Shown one piece after another: positions 44,299 to 54,029 of a DNA stretch of 64,000 bases. Within the stretch, counting starts at the first letter, position 1. Every line of letters starts with the position of its first letter. Under the pieces are notes generated by a model, which did not search any database, was not told the DNA's origin, and worked only from the letters and a program-made list of their open reading frames with translations. The DNA is from [Eubacterium] saphenum. GTDB taxonomy: Bacteria; Bacillota; Clostridia; Peptostreptococcales; Anaerovoracaceae. Where the stretch lies: NCBI GenBank assembly GCA_004555725.1, contig SFHC01000012.1:89-64088 (forward strand). Reading direction: 5' to 3'. Made by a program: the position numbers and the translations under genes.

Positions 44299-45507
44299 CT
44301 ATGCTTCTCTGCATTTCTCTGTTCCGGCGATTTCAGGATCCCTGCAGTTTCTTTCCTGCATACATGCCCGGACAGCCTGTACCAGACGGACATTATCACT
44401 GTGTCCTCTGACGCAGACACGAATCCAGTTCCTGTCCAGTCCATGGTAATTCCCGCAGTCCCTTACCAGAATGCCGCGTTCAGCGAGTGGCTCAGCGAGC
44501 TTTCTGTCAGCATGAATGAGCAGATAATTGGCTTCCGCGCGGCTGATAAATGTAATGCCCTTGATCTTCAGAAGTTCCTGACGGAGATATCCCCGCTCTT
44601 TTTGATTCTGCTCACGATACTGTTCAATATATCCAGTCTCCTGAAGAGCAGCAAGTCCGGCAGCCTCTGCTCCTGCGGATATCGGCCATGAAGGGCCGCA
44701 TAATGCTGCGCGCCTGCGAATCTCTCGGTCAAAAAATATACCGTACCCGAGGCGGATTCCGGGCATGGCAAACAGTTTGGTAAATGAACGGAGGAGAATC
44801 AGATTGGCGCAGTTCTGCGCTTCGGAAATAAAGCTGTGCGCGCTTGGTTCATCCGTCAGTCCGATAAACGATTCATCCACAACCAGCAGGATTCCGCGTT
44901 TTTGACATTCTTCCAGCAAGGCTTGCAGCGCTTTCCGATTTGTCGTTCTCCCAGTCGGATTATTTGGCTCACAGAGAATAATCATCTCCGCCTGACGCTC
45001 ATATTCCTGCCGCTGAAAACCCGTATGCTCTGCATCCCGTTCCGCAAGTTCCAGCAATTCATCGATTCTTCCATCCAGAAGAAATTCATCTTCTTCTCTA
45101 AGCAGAAAACGGCTGACAGCAGAACCCGCCGCAGTCAGCGCGCGCTCATATTCACTGAATGTCGGCGCCGTGATCACTGCGCGAGATGGCCTGCAGCTTA
45201 ACAAGACGCGGAAAATAAGGTCCGAAGCCCCCGCTCCCGGAAGAATCTGCCATTGCTGAAGACTCTCCTTTTCCGCCAGAGCCGCTGTCAGTCTGCTCTG
45301 CACCGGATCAGGGTACTCCTGTGCATGCTGAAGCGCGCGTTCTGCGGCCTGTCTTACAGAATCCGGCATCCCCAGCGGATTCACATTAACTGAAAAATCC
45401 AGCGGGACTATTCCATACTGCTCCCGGTACCGGTTTAATTCTCCTCCATGCTCACTGCTCTGAAAAAAATCCAAGTCTTTTCCTTTCTGATAATCATAAT
45501 TCTGCAA
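44299..45507 (-). CDS. cobD: threonine-phosphate decarboxylase (class I/II aminotransferase fold)
   Basis: 402 aa. HGGELNRY...DFSVNVNPLGMP N-terminus. PLP-lysine context LRSFTKLFAMPGIRLGY. Confidence 0.85.
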   Translation of the reverse strand: MQNYDYQKGKDLDFFQSSEHGGELNRYREQYGIVPLDFSVNVNPLGMPDSVRQAAERALQHAQEYPDPVQSRLTAALAEKESLQQWQILPGAGASDLIFRVLLSCRPSRAVITAPTFSEYERALTAAGSAVSRFLLREEDEFLLDGRIDELLELAERDAEHTGFQRQEYERQAEMIILCEPNNPTGRTTNRKALQALLEECQKRGILLVVDESFIGLTDEPSAHSFISEAQNCANLILLRSFTKLFAMPGIRLGYGIFFDREIRRRAALCGPSWPISAGAEAAGLAALQETGYIEQYREQNQKERGYLRQELLKIKGITFISRAEANYLLIHADRKLAEPLAERGILVRDCGNYHGLDRNWIRVCVRGHSDNVRLVQAVRACMQERNCRDPEIAGTEKCREA

Positions 45508-45589
45508 TGTTTCCCGTCCCTCTCTGCAGAACCTCCGTTTGACCGGACCTCAGAGCGACGTTTCACTCACGGCTTTATTACTCTTACAC

Positions 45590-46591
45590 TCAGCGGAGCA
45601 GAATCCAGAAGATCACCGCCCGGAGAGTGAAGAAAATAACTAAACCGGCAGAAGATGCCGCTCCCAGCATCCTGCAGCAGCGCAGGATATCACCTCGCTC
45701 AATCGGACGATCCGCATCGCCGATAGCCGGCTTATCATAGATTTTGCCGAAATACTGCGCCGGACCTGCCAGCTGCACATGAAGCGATCCGGCGCAGGCG
45801 GATTCCGTCTGCGCGGAGTTCGGGCTTGCATGCTTCCTGCTGTCTCTTTTCCATATCCGCAGCGCGTTTTTTCCGTCATTTCCGGTCATCGCTGCGCCGA
45901 GCGCCCAGAGAAGCGCCGCGATTCTGGATGGAATGTAATTCACCACATCATCCATCCGCGCACCGACCCTGCCAAAATAGAGATACCGTTCATTCCTGTA
46001 CCCGATCATGCTGTCCAGGGTATTCACCGCCTTATACGTCAGAGCCAGCGGTGCGCCGCCGATCGCCATATAAAACAGCGGGGCGATCACACCGTCAGAA
46101 AAGTTTTCCGCAACTGTTTCACAATCTGCCTTGATGACTCCGGTTTCATCCAGTACAAACGTGTCTCGTCCCACAATTCTGCCCACATCCTTCTGTGCCT
46201 GTTCCAGCGTTCCCTCCGGCGGCAGGCTGTGGTAGACGTTCACAGCTTCTTTCTGCAGACCCCGCATTGCGAGTGCCTGCCAGCACCAGAGTGTCTGCAG
46301 AGCAAATCCGAGAACCGGATGAATACGCAATGCAGCTGTACAGAGAAAACCTGTAACCAGCAATGTCGTAATGACGGTGATTCCGGCAGTCAATGCGCCT
46401 CCTGCAAGTTCACCTCCTGAAGTTTTTGGGAAAAGCTTCCTGAAAAAACGTTCCAGAGAAGAAATTTCCTTCCCTATGATCACGACCGGATGAGGAAAAT
46501 GAAAAGGATCGGCCAGAAGCAGATCCAGCAGCGCACCCGCTCCTGCAGAAGCTTCTGTAATGATAAAATACATGATCCAGTGGTTCATCAA
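45590..46591 (-). CDS. cbiB: adenosylcobinamide-phosphate synthase
   Basis: 333 aa membrane protein. FPHPVVIIGK and HASPNSAQTESACAG blocks. ATGA overlap with the cbiA stop. Confidence 0.9.
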   Translation of the reverse strand: MMNHWIMYFIITEASAGAGALLDLLLADPFHFPHPVVIIGKEISSLERFFRKLFPKTSGGELAGGALTAGITVITTLLVTGFLCTAALRIHPVLGFALQTLWCWQALAMRGLQKEAVNVYHSLPPEGTLEQAQKDVGRIVGRDTFVLDETGVIKADCETVAENFSDGVIAPLFYMAIGGAPLALTYKAVNTLDSMIGYRNERYLYFGRVGARMDDVVNYIPSRIAALLWALGAAMTGNDGKNALRIWKRDSRKHASPNSAQTESACAGSLHVQLAGPAQYFGKIYDKPAIGDADRPIERGDILRCCRMLGAASSAGLVIFFTLRAVIFWILLR

Positions 46592-48009
46592 AATCCTCCT
46601 CTGTTCCTCTCCATTTGAGAGTGCCTGTATGCTTCTGCCGCGCAGATAAACCTCTTCACCACCTGCGGATGCGCGGCAAGATAGAGGTGCGGAAAACCCG
46701 CATACCAGGACGGTCCGGCGTACCCCTCACTCCAGTTCCTGGATGACAGCGGTTTCTTCATCTGGAACGCGTCTCCGTCTTCATCCGATTTCCAGTAATG
46801 GAATTCGTGAACGCTCATTGATTCTCCCCGCTTAAACAGAAGACTGTCCTCTTTTGCCTGCATTTCCGCGTATCCGAACCGAACCAGTTTTCCGGCAGAT
46901 CTGCCGGTTCCCGGAAACACACCGGCCATCGGCCAGAGCGCCCCGTCCGCATCACGGAGAAATTTCTGCAGATACAAAAACCCGCCGCATTCTGCAATTA
47001 CCGGCATACCGGAACAGATACTTTTCCGTATACTGTCACGCATTGACCGGTTCTCGGAAAGCTGTCGGGCATACAGCTCCGGATATCCGCCCGGAAGTAC
47101 GATGGCATCGGCATCCTCCGGCACATATGGTTCATGGACAGGACTGAAGTAAACGACGTTTCCGCCCTGACGATCCAGTTCTTCCTGTGTCTCCTGATAA
47201 CAAAATGTAAACGCCTCATCACGCGCCAGCGCAATAACCGGGCGAACATGCTCTGCAAGGACCCAGGAACGTCCGATATCCACACCGGAATCCTGATCTT
47301 CCTGCATTGCAGGAACGGGAACCGAAAACAGCGATTCTATCTTCTTCCAGTCAAGATGCTCTTCCATCGCATCCGCAATCACTTTGATATTCTGCTGCAG
47401 ATCTTCAATCTCATCAGCCTGATACAGCCCGAGATGCCTGGATTCCACATGAACATCCGGAAGCTCCGGAAGATAACCGACCACCGGGATACCTGTTTCC
47501 TGTTCCAGAATTTCCTTCATCAGTCCCGCATAAGATTTTTTACACCGGTTCAGAATGATTCCGGCAATCCGGCTGTCCGAACGGAACTGCTGCAGGCCCT
47601 TTACTTCTGCCGCTGCCGACAGACTGCTTCCTGACGGATTCAGAACAAGCAGAACCGGAATGTCCAGCGTATTCGCAAGATGCCAGCAGCTCCCCCGGTC
47701 TGTCTTACCAGAAAGTCCGTCATACAGTCCCATCACGCCTTCAACTACAGCAGACCCATGTTCCGCAAGCTCTCTCTGATAGCAGCTGCGGACATACGAC
47801 TCATCCGACATCACCAGATCCAGATTGTGGCTGCTGACATTCAGAACACTCCGGTGAAACATCGGATCGATGTAATCCGGACCGGTCTTGAACGCACAGG
47901 GAAACAGACCTTTTCTCTTCAGTATTTCCAGCAGTCCGCAGACAAGGAAGGTTTTTCCGCTGCTTGATGCAGGCGCAGAAACCGCAATTTGAACTTTTCT
48001 CTTTTTCAT
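46588..48009 (-). CDS. cbiA: cobyrinate a,c-diamide synthase
   Basis: 473 aa. P-loop SSGKTFLVCGL, TGPDYIDPMFH. C-terminal GATase domain with AECGGFLYL. Confidence 0.9.
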   Translation of the reverse strand: MKKRKVQIAVSAPASSSGKTFLVCGLLEILKRKGLFPCAFKTGPDYIDPMFHRSVLNVSSHNLDLVMSDESYVRSCYQRELAEHGSAVVEGVMGLYDGLSGKTDRGSCWHLANTLDIPVLLVLNPSGSSLSAAAEVKGLQQFRSDSRIAGIILNRCKKSYAGLMKEILEQETGIPVVGYLPELPDVHVESRHLGLYQADEIEDLQQNIKVIADAMEEHLDWKKIESLFSVPVPAMQEDQDSGVDIGRSWVLAEHVRPVIALARDEAFTFCYQETQEELDRQGGNVVYFSPVHEPYVPEDADAIVLPGGYPELYARQLSENRSMRDSIRKSICSGMPVIAECGGFLYLQKFLRDADGALWPMAGVFPGTGRSAGKLVRFGYAEMQAKEDSLLFKRGESMSVHEFHYWKSDEDGDAFQMKKPLSSRNWSEGYAGPSWYAGFPHLYLAAHPQVVKRFICAAEAYRHSQMERNRGGF

Positions 48010-48037
48010 GCACCTTCTCCTTCTCTATCATCCGCCA

Positions 48038-49300
48038 TTATCCACTGATCACATATACCGGATTCTCCGCAAGCATCATGTGACAGCCTCTGACTGATCT
48101 GGAACGGCTCACCGCAACCTGCATGACTTCCGGCTCCCTTCCCAGATCACGCAGAACTTCCAGCCCCTCGCTGACTGTTTCAAGAACGATTCCCGTAAAC
48201 ACGATCCGAACCTCCGGGTTTCGTCTTACCGCTTCACGGATGATCTCCCGGATTGTTCCATCTGACCCGCCGATAAATACGGCATCCGGCTTCGGAAGAT
48301 CATGCAGCGCATCCGGAGCCTCCCCTCTGACCAGGTGCATATTGGTCAGATGAAATTTCCTGCGGTTTTTCAGAATCAACGAACAGGCTTCTTCCTTGCG
48401 TTCAATCGCATAAACGGCTCCTCCCTTTGCCTGACGCGCGAGTTCCACCGATACGCTCCCGGTTCCCGCGCCGACATCCCAGATCGTTTCCTCCGGCGCA
48501 GCCTGCATCTTAGAGACTGCACACAGACGAACCTCTCTCTTGGTCATCGGTACCTGACCGCGGATAAACGCGTTATCCGGAATGCCCATGACCGGAAACA
48601 CATCACGGACGCCTTCAACCAACACGACCGCAAGCAGAGAAAACTCCGTTTCCGCCGCATCACGACAGTATGAAGACGTAATCTTTTCTTCATTCATACC
48701 GAGATTTTCACCCACCCAGACACGCTGCTCTCCAAGACCTGCGTCACAGAGATCACGGCAGAGTTTCTGCGCTCCCGTTCTGCCGCCGGTCAGGAAGAAC
48801 GTATCCCTGCCAAGGCGCAGCTCTCCTGCCGGATCACAGTCCCTGCCGTGTGCGGAAACCAGAGTCCAGTTCTGCCACGGCCTGCGGATTGCAGCGGAAA
48901 GCATCTGAATCGAAGAAATGCCCGGGAACACGGTCAGTGAAAACCCGAGCGTGTCTTCATTAATAGAACTCTGCGGATCTGTACTTCCCGGAACCCTCTT
49001 CTCCAGTTCTTTCAAAAACGACCCCGCACCGCTGTAAAACCCGGTGTCACCGCTGTACAGCAATGCAATATTCTTATCCGCCCAGACATCTCTTTTCTCC
49101 AAAAGCAGATCAGCAATCCGGCCGGGCCAGATTTCCTGCCGGAATTCCGGACTGTGTTCTCCGTCATCCGGAAAAGCCCGCTGCGCCAGTGCAAGCAGCC
49201 GCGGCGCGCCAATCAAAAGATCCGCTTCCATTGCCGCATGCCGCGCATCCGGAATCAGACATTCCATTCCTGCTCCAAGTCCGATCAATGCTACTTTCAT
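48038..49300 (-). CDS. cbiET: fused cobalt-precorrin-7 C5-methyltransferase / cobalt-precorrin-6B C15-methyltransferase (decarboxylating)
   Basis: 420 aa. N-terminal tetrapyrrole methylase (CbiE) half. C-terminal SAM methyltransferase half with WDVGAGTGSVSVE (CbiT). Confidence 0.9.
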   Translation of the reverse strand: MKVALIGLGAGMECLIPDARHAAMEADLLIGAPRLLALAQRAFPDDGEHSPEFRQEIWPGRIADLLLEKRDVWADKNIALLYSGDTGFYSGAGSFLKELEKRVPGSTDPQSSINEDTLGFSLTVFPGISSIQMLSAAIRRPWQNWTLVSAHGRDCDPAGELRLGRDTFFLTGGRTGAQKLCRDLCDAGLGEQRVWVGENLGMNEEKITSSYCRDAAETEFSLLAVVLVEGVRDVFPVMGIPDNAFIRGQVPMTKREVRLCAVSKMQAAPEETIWDVGAGTGSVSVELARQAKGGAVYAIERKEEACSLILKNRRKFHLTNMHLVRGEAPDALHDLPKPDAVFIGGSDGTIREIIREAVRRNPEVRIVFTGIVLETVSEGLEVLRDLGREPEVMQVAVSRSRSVRGCHMMLAENPVYVISG

Positions 49301-49307
49301 CTGCTTT

Positions 49308-50135
49308 TTACTCCTTTATCTTCACCGGGTCCTCCCGAACTTCTGACGTTCCCGCCGCCGCACCGTACTCTGCACCGCCGGACCGGCTTCTGGTCTCATT
49401 TTTCACATACTGCAGAATGTCCTCTGCCCTGCTCGCCGGCAGCAGTTCCTCCGGACGGCGAATCATGACCAGTTCAATTCCACATTCCTCCGCCGCCTCA
49501 ATTTTCTGGAACATGCCTCCCTGCCGGCCGCTCTCTTTTGTAACCAGATAGGAAATCTCCAGGTCACGGATCATACATACATTCATCGCCGCTGAAAACG
49601 GCCCCTGCATGGCAATGATGTTCTTTCTTGGAATTCCTGCTTCTTTACACGCTTCCAGAGCCTGCACAGACGGCAGCACCCTGGGATGCAGTCGTTCCGG
49701 ACCCAGCGCCGAAAAATCCATGAGGTTCTTCGATCCTGTGGTCAGCAGAATATTTCCCGGCAAATTCCGCAGATACGCACAGGCATCCTGTACAGAATCC
49801 ACCCGCTTCAGACTCCGGCTTTCCGGAAGCGGCTCTTCTTCACGCACATACCGGAACACTTTCTTATCTTTCCTGCTGCAGGCCGTCAGAATGCTTCTGC
49901 TGATATGCTCTGCAAACGGATGCGTCGCATCGACACAGAAATCAACATCATCCAGCATCTGTTCAATCTCGTTTTCCGGACGAATCCCGCATAATGCGGT
50001 CAGATTTTTCCTGTGCCCCAGCGTCTCGATCCCATAATCCGTCGCTGCACTGTAAATGACCCGGCATCCTTCATCGGCAAGCTTTACTGCCAGTTCCCGT
50101 CCTTCAGTTGTCCCTCCGAAAATCAATGCTCTCAT
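49308..50135 (-). CDS. cbiJ: cobalt-precorrin-6A reductase
   Basis: 275 aa. The N-terminus MRALIFGGTTEGREL is typical of CbiJ/CobK. Confidence 0.88.
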   Translation of the reverse strand: MRALIFGGTTEGRELAVKLADEGCRVIYSAATDYGIETLGHRKNLTALCGIRPENEIEQMLDDVDFCVDATHPFAEHISRSILTACSRKDKKVFRYVREEEPLPESRSLKRVDSVQDACAYLRNLPGNILLTTGSKNLMDFSALGPERLHPRVLPSVQALEACKEAGIPRKNIIAMQGPFSAAMNVCMIRDLEISYLVTKESGRQGGMFQKIEAAEECGIELVMIRRPEELLPASRAEDILQYVKNETRSRSGGAEYGAAAGTSEVREDPVKIKE

Positions 50136-50167
50136 GCGTTTTTTCTGCTCCTGCCAGGCACAGCTTC

Positions 50168-50905
50168 CTACAGCCTCTTATTCTCATAGCCTCTCGGTGT
50201 CACCATACGTCCTCCGATGTTTTCTGTTGCAGACGAACCGATGAACACTGTCGTAAACATATCAATATCTTCACCCGGAAGTTCGCCCAGCGTCAGTACC
50301 TTCTTTTCCATGCCGTCTCTTCCGATATTCTTCACCCATCCGCACACAGTTTCCGGGCTCTTTTTCTTAAGCAGCACCTCACAGGCTTTGCTCAGTGCAT
50401 CTCTGCGGTGTCTGGATCTCGGATTATACAGACAAAGGGCAAAATCTCCTTCTGCCGCCATATTCAGCCTCTTTTCGATAATTTCTTCCGGCGTCAGGAG
50501 ATTGGACAAGGAGATCACACAGAAATCATGTCCGAGAGGCGCGCCAAGCACAGCCGCGCCCGATACAGCCGCCGTAACACCTGCGACCACCTGCACATCC
50601 GCGTCCGGATATTCCGGAAGAAGCTGCAGAAGTAAACCAGCCATACCGTAAATACCGGCATCTCCGCTGCATACCAGAGCCGTATCCGCACCGTTCTGCG
50701 CATACTCCAGAGCCATCCGGCAGCGCTCAACTTCCCTTTTCATCGGTGTCGAAAAATACTGTTTCTCCGGATACTGCTGTTTTACCAGGTCAATATATAC
50801 GGTGTATCCGCCGATATACGTGCAGCGCGCGATGATATCGGCTGCCTCCTGCGTCATGTACTCTGGATTTCCCGGTCCTATTCCCACTGCATAAACGACT
50901 GCCAT
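50168..50905 (-). CDS. cbiH: cobalt-precorrin-3B C17-methyltransferase
   Basis: Probable start at 50905 (MAVVYAVGIGPGNPEYMT; RBS AAGAGGGA). The track start at 50932 is also possible. Tetrapyrrole methylase fold. Confidence 0.88.
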   Translation of the reverse strand: MAVVYAVGIGPGNPEYMTQEAADIIARCTYIGGYTVYIDLVKQQYPEKQYFSTPMKREVERCRMALEYAQNGADTALVCSGDAGIYGMAGLLLQLLPEYPDADVQVVAGVTAAVSGAAVLGAPLGHDFCVISLSNLLTPEEIIEKRLNMAAEGDFALCLYNPRSRHRRDALSKACEVLLKKKSPETVCGWVKNIGRDGMEKKVLTLGELPGEDIDMFTTVFIGSSATENIGGRMVTPRGYENKRL

Positions 50906-50967
50906 TCTGTCCCTCTTTTCTCTGTTTTCCATCTTTCTATTGCTGCAAACACACGGTTTCCAGTTAT

Positions 50968-52086
50968 TTATTTGTCTTTCTCACCTTCATCTGCATCAGA
51001 TCTGCCCCAGCTGAGCTGCACGTCCTTCACAGCCGCAGCCATCGTGACTCCATACAGGCTGAACTTTTTTGCGATGATGCAGTCCGCAGTTCCCCCACAG
51101 GCTGCTGCAGCGCTTCGTTCACAGACATTGTCCGTCCCGACCGTTTTCAGTACAAAAGCAGACCTGCTGAAATCTCCCTTTACTGCATTCAGCTGATCCT
51201 TATCGAAGGTCTGAAACGGAATCCGGCGTCTGCTGCAGAATCCGAGAATTCCCTGCTCTCTGCTCTTGACATCAATGCTAGCGGCTTTTTGAAGAGCAGC
51301 GTCCGGAAACCCGTATCCCTCAGAAAACACCCTCCAGCATTTTTCCACTGCCTCTTCAGAGATTCCCTTCCGGCATCCGATTCCAAGAACCAGAACTTTC
51401 GGCACCAGATGCAGTCCGCGATCATACGGACGAACCCGCACATCAATCAGCACATCCGATTTCTCCCGAAACGGAAAAGCATCGCTGTCCTTCAGACCGC
51501 CTGCAGGCCTTACAACAACCCCGACGCCGGATGGACGCGCACCTCTCACCGGCCACACAGAATACACCAGAATTCCGTCACGGTTATTGAGTACAGCAGA
51601 AGAAACATTAACAATCCTGGAAGGCTCCAGAATCTGTAACTTCTGCTCATCAGCCCAGACATCTACAGCAAATTTCCCTCTTGCATCAGTTCCTGTCGTA
51701 AGAACCGGCTGAAGATGAAGAAGCCCCGCAATCCTTTCTGCATCCCTGTTCGCTCCTCCAAGATGTCCGGACAGAATCGGGATAACGTAGCGTCCACATT
51801 CATCCATGACAAGAACCGCTGGATCGATACACTTATTCTGCACCAGGGGCGCAATGCTGCGCACTGCAATTCCGCAGGCGCCGATGAAAATCAGACAGCT
51901 TGCTTCCTGAAAATATTTCTCCGTCCACTCTGCAGCAGACAGCGGCCGTCCAGAGCGGTCTGCCGCAGCCTTCCTGCATCCGTCTTCCTGCAGCTTCTCC
52001 ACTGTACGTTCAGCCAGACGCATACCTTCATCAGTAAACGCCAGTATCTGATAGGATCTCTCTGCCGCTTTCTTATCTGCAGTCAT
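50968..52086 (-). CDS. cbiG: cobalt-precorrin-5A hydrolase
   Basis: 372 aa. Position between cbiF and cbiH, and two-domain CbiG-like layout (FIGACGIAVRSIAP..., GIGCRKG...). ATGA overlap with cbiF. Confidence 0.85.
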   Translation of the reverse strand: MTADKKAAERSYQILAFTDEGMRLAERTVEKLQEDGCRKAAADRSGRPLSAAEWTEKYFQEASCLIFIGACGIAVRSIAPLVQNKCIDPAVLVMDECGRYVIPILSGHLGGANRDAERIAGLLHLQPVLTTGTDARGKFAVDVWADEQKLQILEPSRIVNVSSAVLNNRDGILVYSVWPVRGARPSGVGVVVRPAGGLKDSDAFPFREKSDVLIDVRVRPYDRGLHLVPKVLVLGIGCRKGISEEAVEKCWRVFSEGYGFPDAALQKAASIDVKSREQGILGFCSRRRIPFQTFDKDQLNAVKGDFSRSAFVLKTVGTDNVCERSAAAACGGTADCIIAKKFSLYGVTMAAAVKDVQLSWGRSDADEGEKDK

Positions 52087-52862
52087 GACTGTTTTTTCTC
52101 CTGATCCTCTGGTTTCACCTCCCGGAACTCCGTCGCAAATGAAGGATCATACAGCCGGCTCTTTTCATACCGGCTGCCGAGAAAATCACCAACCAGAATC
52201 AGTGCTGTCTTAGTAATTCCCGCCCTTTCAGCTTCTTCCGCAAGAGTTCCGACTGTGCAGCGCACGGTTTTCTCATCCGGCCATGTTGCCTTGTACACAA
52301 TTGCCGCCGGCGTATTCTCCGTATATGCACCCTGAAGGAGATCCTTCTGCAGCGCGGGAATCATTCCGGATGACAGAAACAAAACCATCGTCGATCCATG
52401 GGATGCGAGTTTCGGAATGCTTTCCATTTCCGGGACAGGAGTCCTGCCTGCTTTCCTCGTAATGATCACCGTCTGAGACACATCCGGAAGCGTATACTCC
52501 GTGCAGAGTGCTGAAGCTGCGCCGCAGAAACTGGACACGCCCGGCGTATCATCATATGCAATTCCCATTTCATCCAGTGCATCCATCTGCTCACGGACCG
52601 CACCGTACAGACTCATATCCCCAGTATGCAGACGCACGGTTTCCAGGCCTTCTCTTTCCGCCTGTTTCATGACATCCAGGACTTCATCCAGCGTCATTAC
52701 CGCACTGTTAAACACCTTGCAGTTCTTTTTTGTCAGCTGAAGCAGCTCCGGATTCACCAAACTTCCCGCATAAATCACAACGTCTGCTTCCTTCAGCATT
52801 TTCTGACCGCGTACCGTGATTAAATCCACAGCTCCCGGCCCTGCGCCGATGAAATGAACCAT
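52083..52862 (-). CDS. cbiF: cobalt-precorrin-4 C11-methyltransferase
   Basis: 259 aa. MVHFIGAGPGAVDLITVRG...ADVVIYAGSLV. Confidence 0.9.
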   Translation of the reverse strand: MVHFIGAGPGAVDLITVRGQKMLKEADVVIYAGSLVNPELLQLTKKNCKVFNSAVMTLDEVLDVMKQAEREGLETVRLHTGDMSLYGAVREQMDALDEMGIAYDDTPGVSSFCGAASALCTEYTLPDVSQTVIITRKAGRTPVPEMESIPKLASHGSTMVLFLSSGMIPALQKDLLQGAYTENTPAAIVYKATWPDEKTVRCTVGTLAEEAERAGITKTALILVGDFLGSRYEKSRLYDPSFATEFREVKPEDQEKKQS

Positions 52863-54029
52863 TTATTCTCCCTCCGAAATCTTCACATTCCAGTCTTTCA
52901 ATATTGCTTCCGCGGCTGCCGTTAATCCAAGCAGTGTATCCGTGTTGTACACTGCCGCGCCGACCTGAACAGCTCCCTCCGCCCTGCGGTCCAGATGGTG
53001 CTGTATCCGTTCAAGCAGAGCATCCATCACATCATGGAACAGTCCCGCTCTTCTGAGAATATCCACCGCCTCATCCGTCACCGCACAGTGCATCAGAGCC
53101 CGGCACGTCTGCGAATCCGCTCCCAGACAGGCGGCATGCGCCGTCAGAAGTTCCATTCGGCAGTCCCCCATCCGTGAGTGCGTGTTCATCATACCACCGG
53201 CGAGTTTCACCATCTTTCCGAAATGCCCGACCAGCAGTATCCGTTTATACGCAAGCGTTTTAGCGATATCCACTGCGTCACCGATGAAATTGGAGCACTG
53301 CACAAGCGGAGCACGCTTCAGCACTCCGCCCATATGCCCCTGCTCCAGAAACGTCTGTCCGTAATTGCCCGGAACAAGAATCAAATTCTCCGACACCGTC
53401 CTCTTCTGCTTCATGTCCACTTCAATCGTGTCCACCAGCGCCTGCTCGCTCATCGGCTCCACGATTCCCGTCGTTCCGAGAATTGAAATGCCTCCCATGA
53501 CGCCAAGCTGTGGATTGAACGTCTTTTCCGCCAGTTTCTCACCTTCAGGGACAAAAATCACCGCGGCTGCGCCGCGCTCTGCAAGGGGATAATCAAAACG
53601 CTCCGCACACGTCCTCATCGCCTCTTCAATCATTTCTCTCGGGACATGATTGATTGCCGCTGCGCCAACAGGCTGATCCAGCCCCGGTTTCGTCACTCTG
53701 CCGACACCTTTGCCTCCGTCAATCAAAATTCCCGGCTTCTCCCTCAGTGAAACCCGGGCGCCGATCAGCGCGCCGTCCGTTGCATCACAATCGTCCCCGG
53801 CATCTTTTCTGACCATGCAGATTGCATCTGTACGGCCTGCATTTTCAAACACGCATTCTGCTGGCCGGACATCTACCGGGATTCCCTTTCGCGTCATCAG
53901 ACGCAGTCTCTCAGGAGCATGCCCTGTCAGAAGCATCTGGAATGCGCCGGAAGCCGCAAGCGCCGCACAGGTGCCAGTCGTAAACCCGAGCCGCAGCATC
54001 TTATTCCCACTTCTTACATATTCTTCCAT
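52863..54029 (-). CDS. cbiD: cobalt-precorrin-5B C1-methyltransferase
   Basis: Start moved to ATG 54029 (MEEYVRSGNKMLRLGFTTGTCAA), overlapping the end of the ATPase gene. ATG 53999 is an alternative. The LR.G(F/Y)TTGTCA block is diagnostic. Confidence 0.88.
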   Translation of the reverse strand: MEEYVRSGNKMLRLGFTTGTCAALAASGAFQMLLTGHAPERLRLMTRKGIPVDVRPAECVFENAGRTDAICMVRKDAGDDCDATDGALIGARVSLREKPGILIDGGKGVGRVTKPGLDQPVGAAAINHVPREMIEEAMRTCAERFDYPLAERGAAAVIFVPEGEKLAEKTFNPQLGVMGGISILGTTGIVEPMSEQALVDTIEVDMKQKRTVSENLILVPGNYGQTFLEQGHMGGVLKRAPLVQCSNFIGDAVDIAKTLAYKRILLVGHFGKMVKLAGGMMNTHSRMGDCRMELLTAHAACLGADSQTCRALMHCAVTDEAVDILRRAGLFHDVMDALLERIQHHLDRRAEGAVQVGAAVYNTDTLLGLTAAAEAILKDWNVKISEGE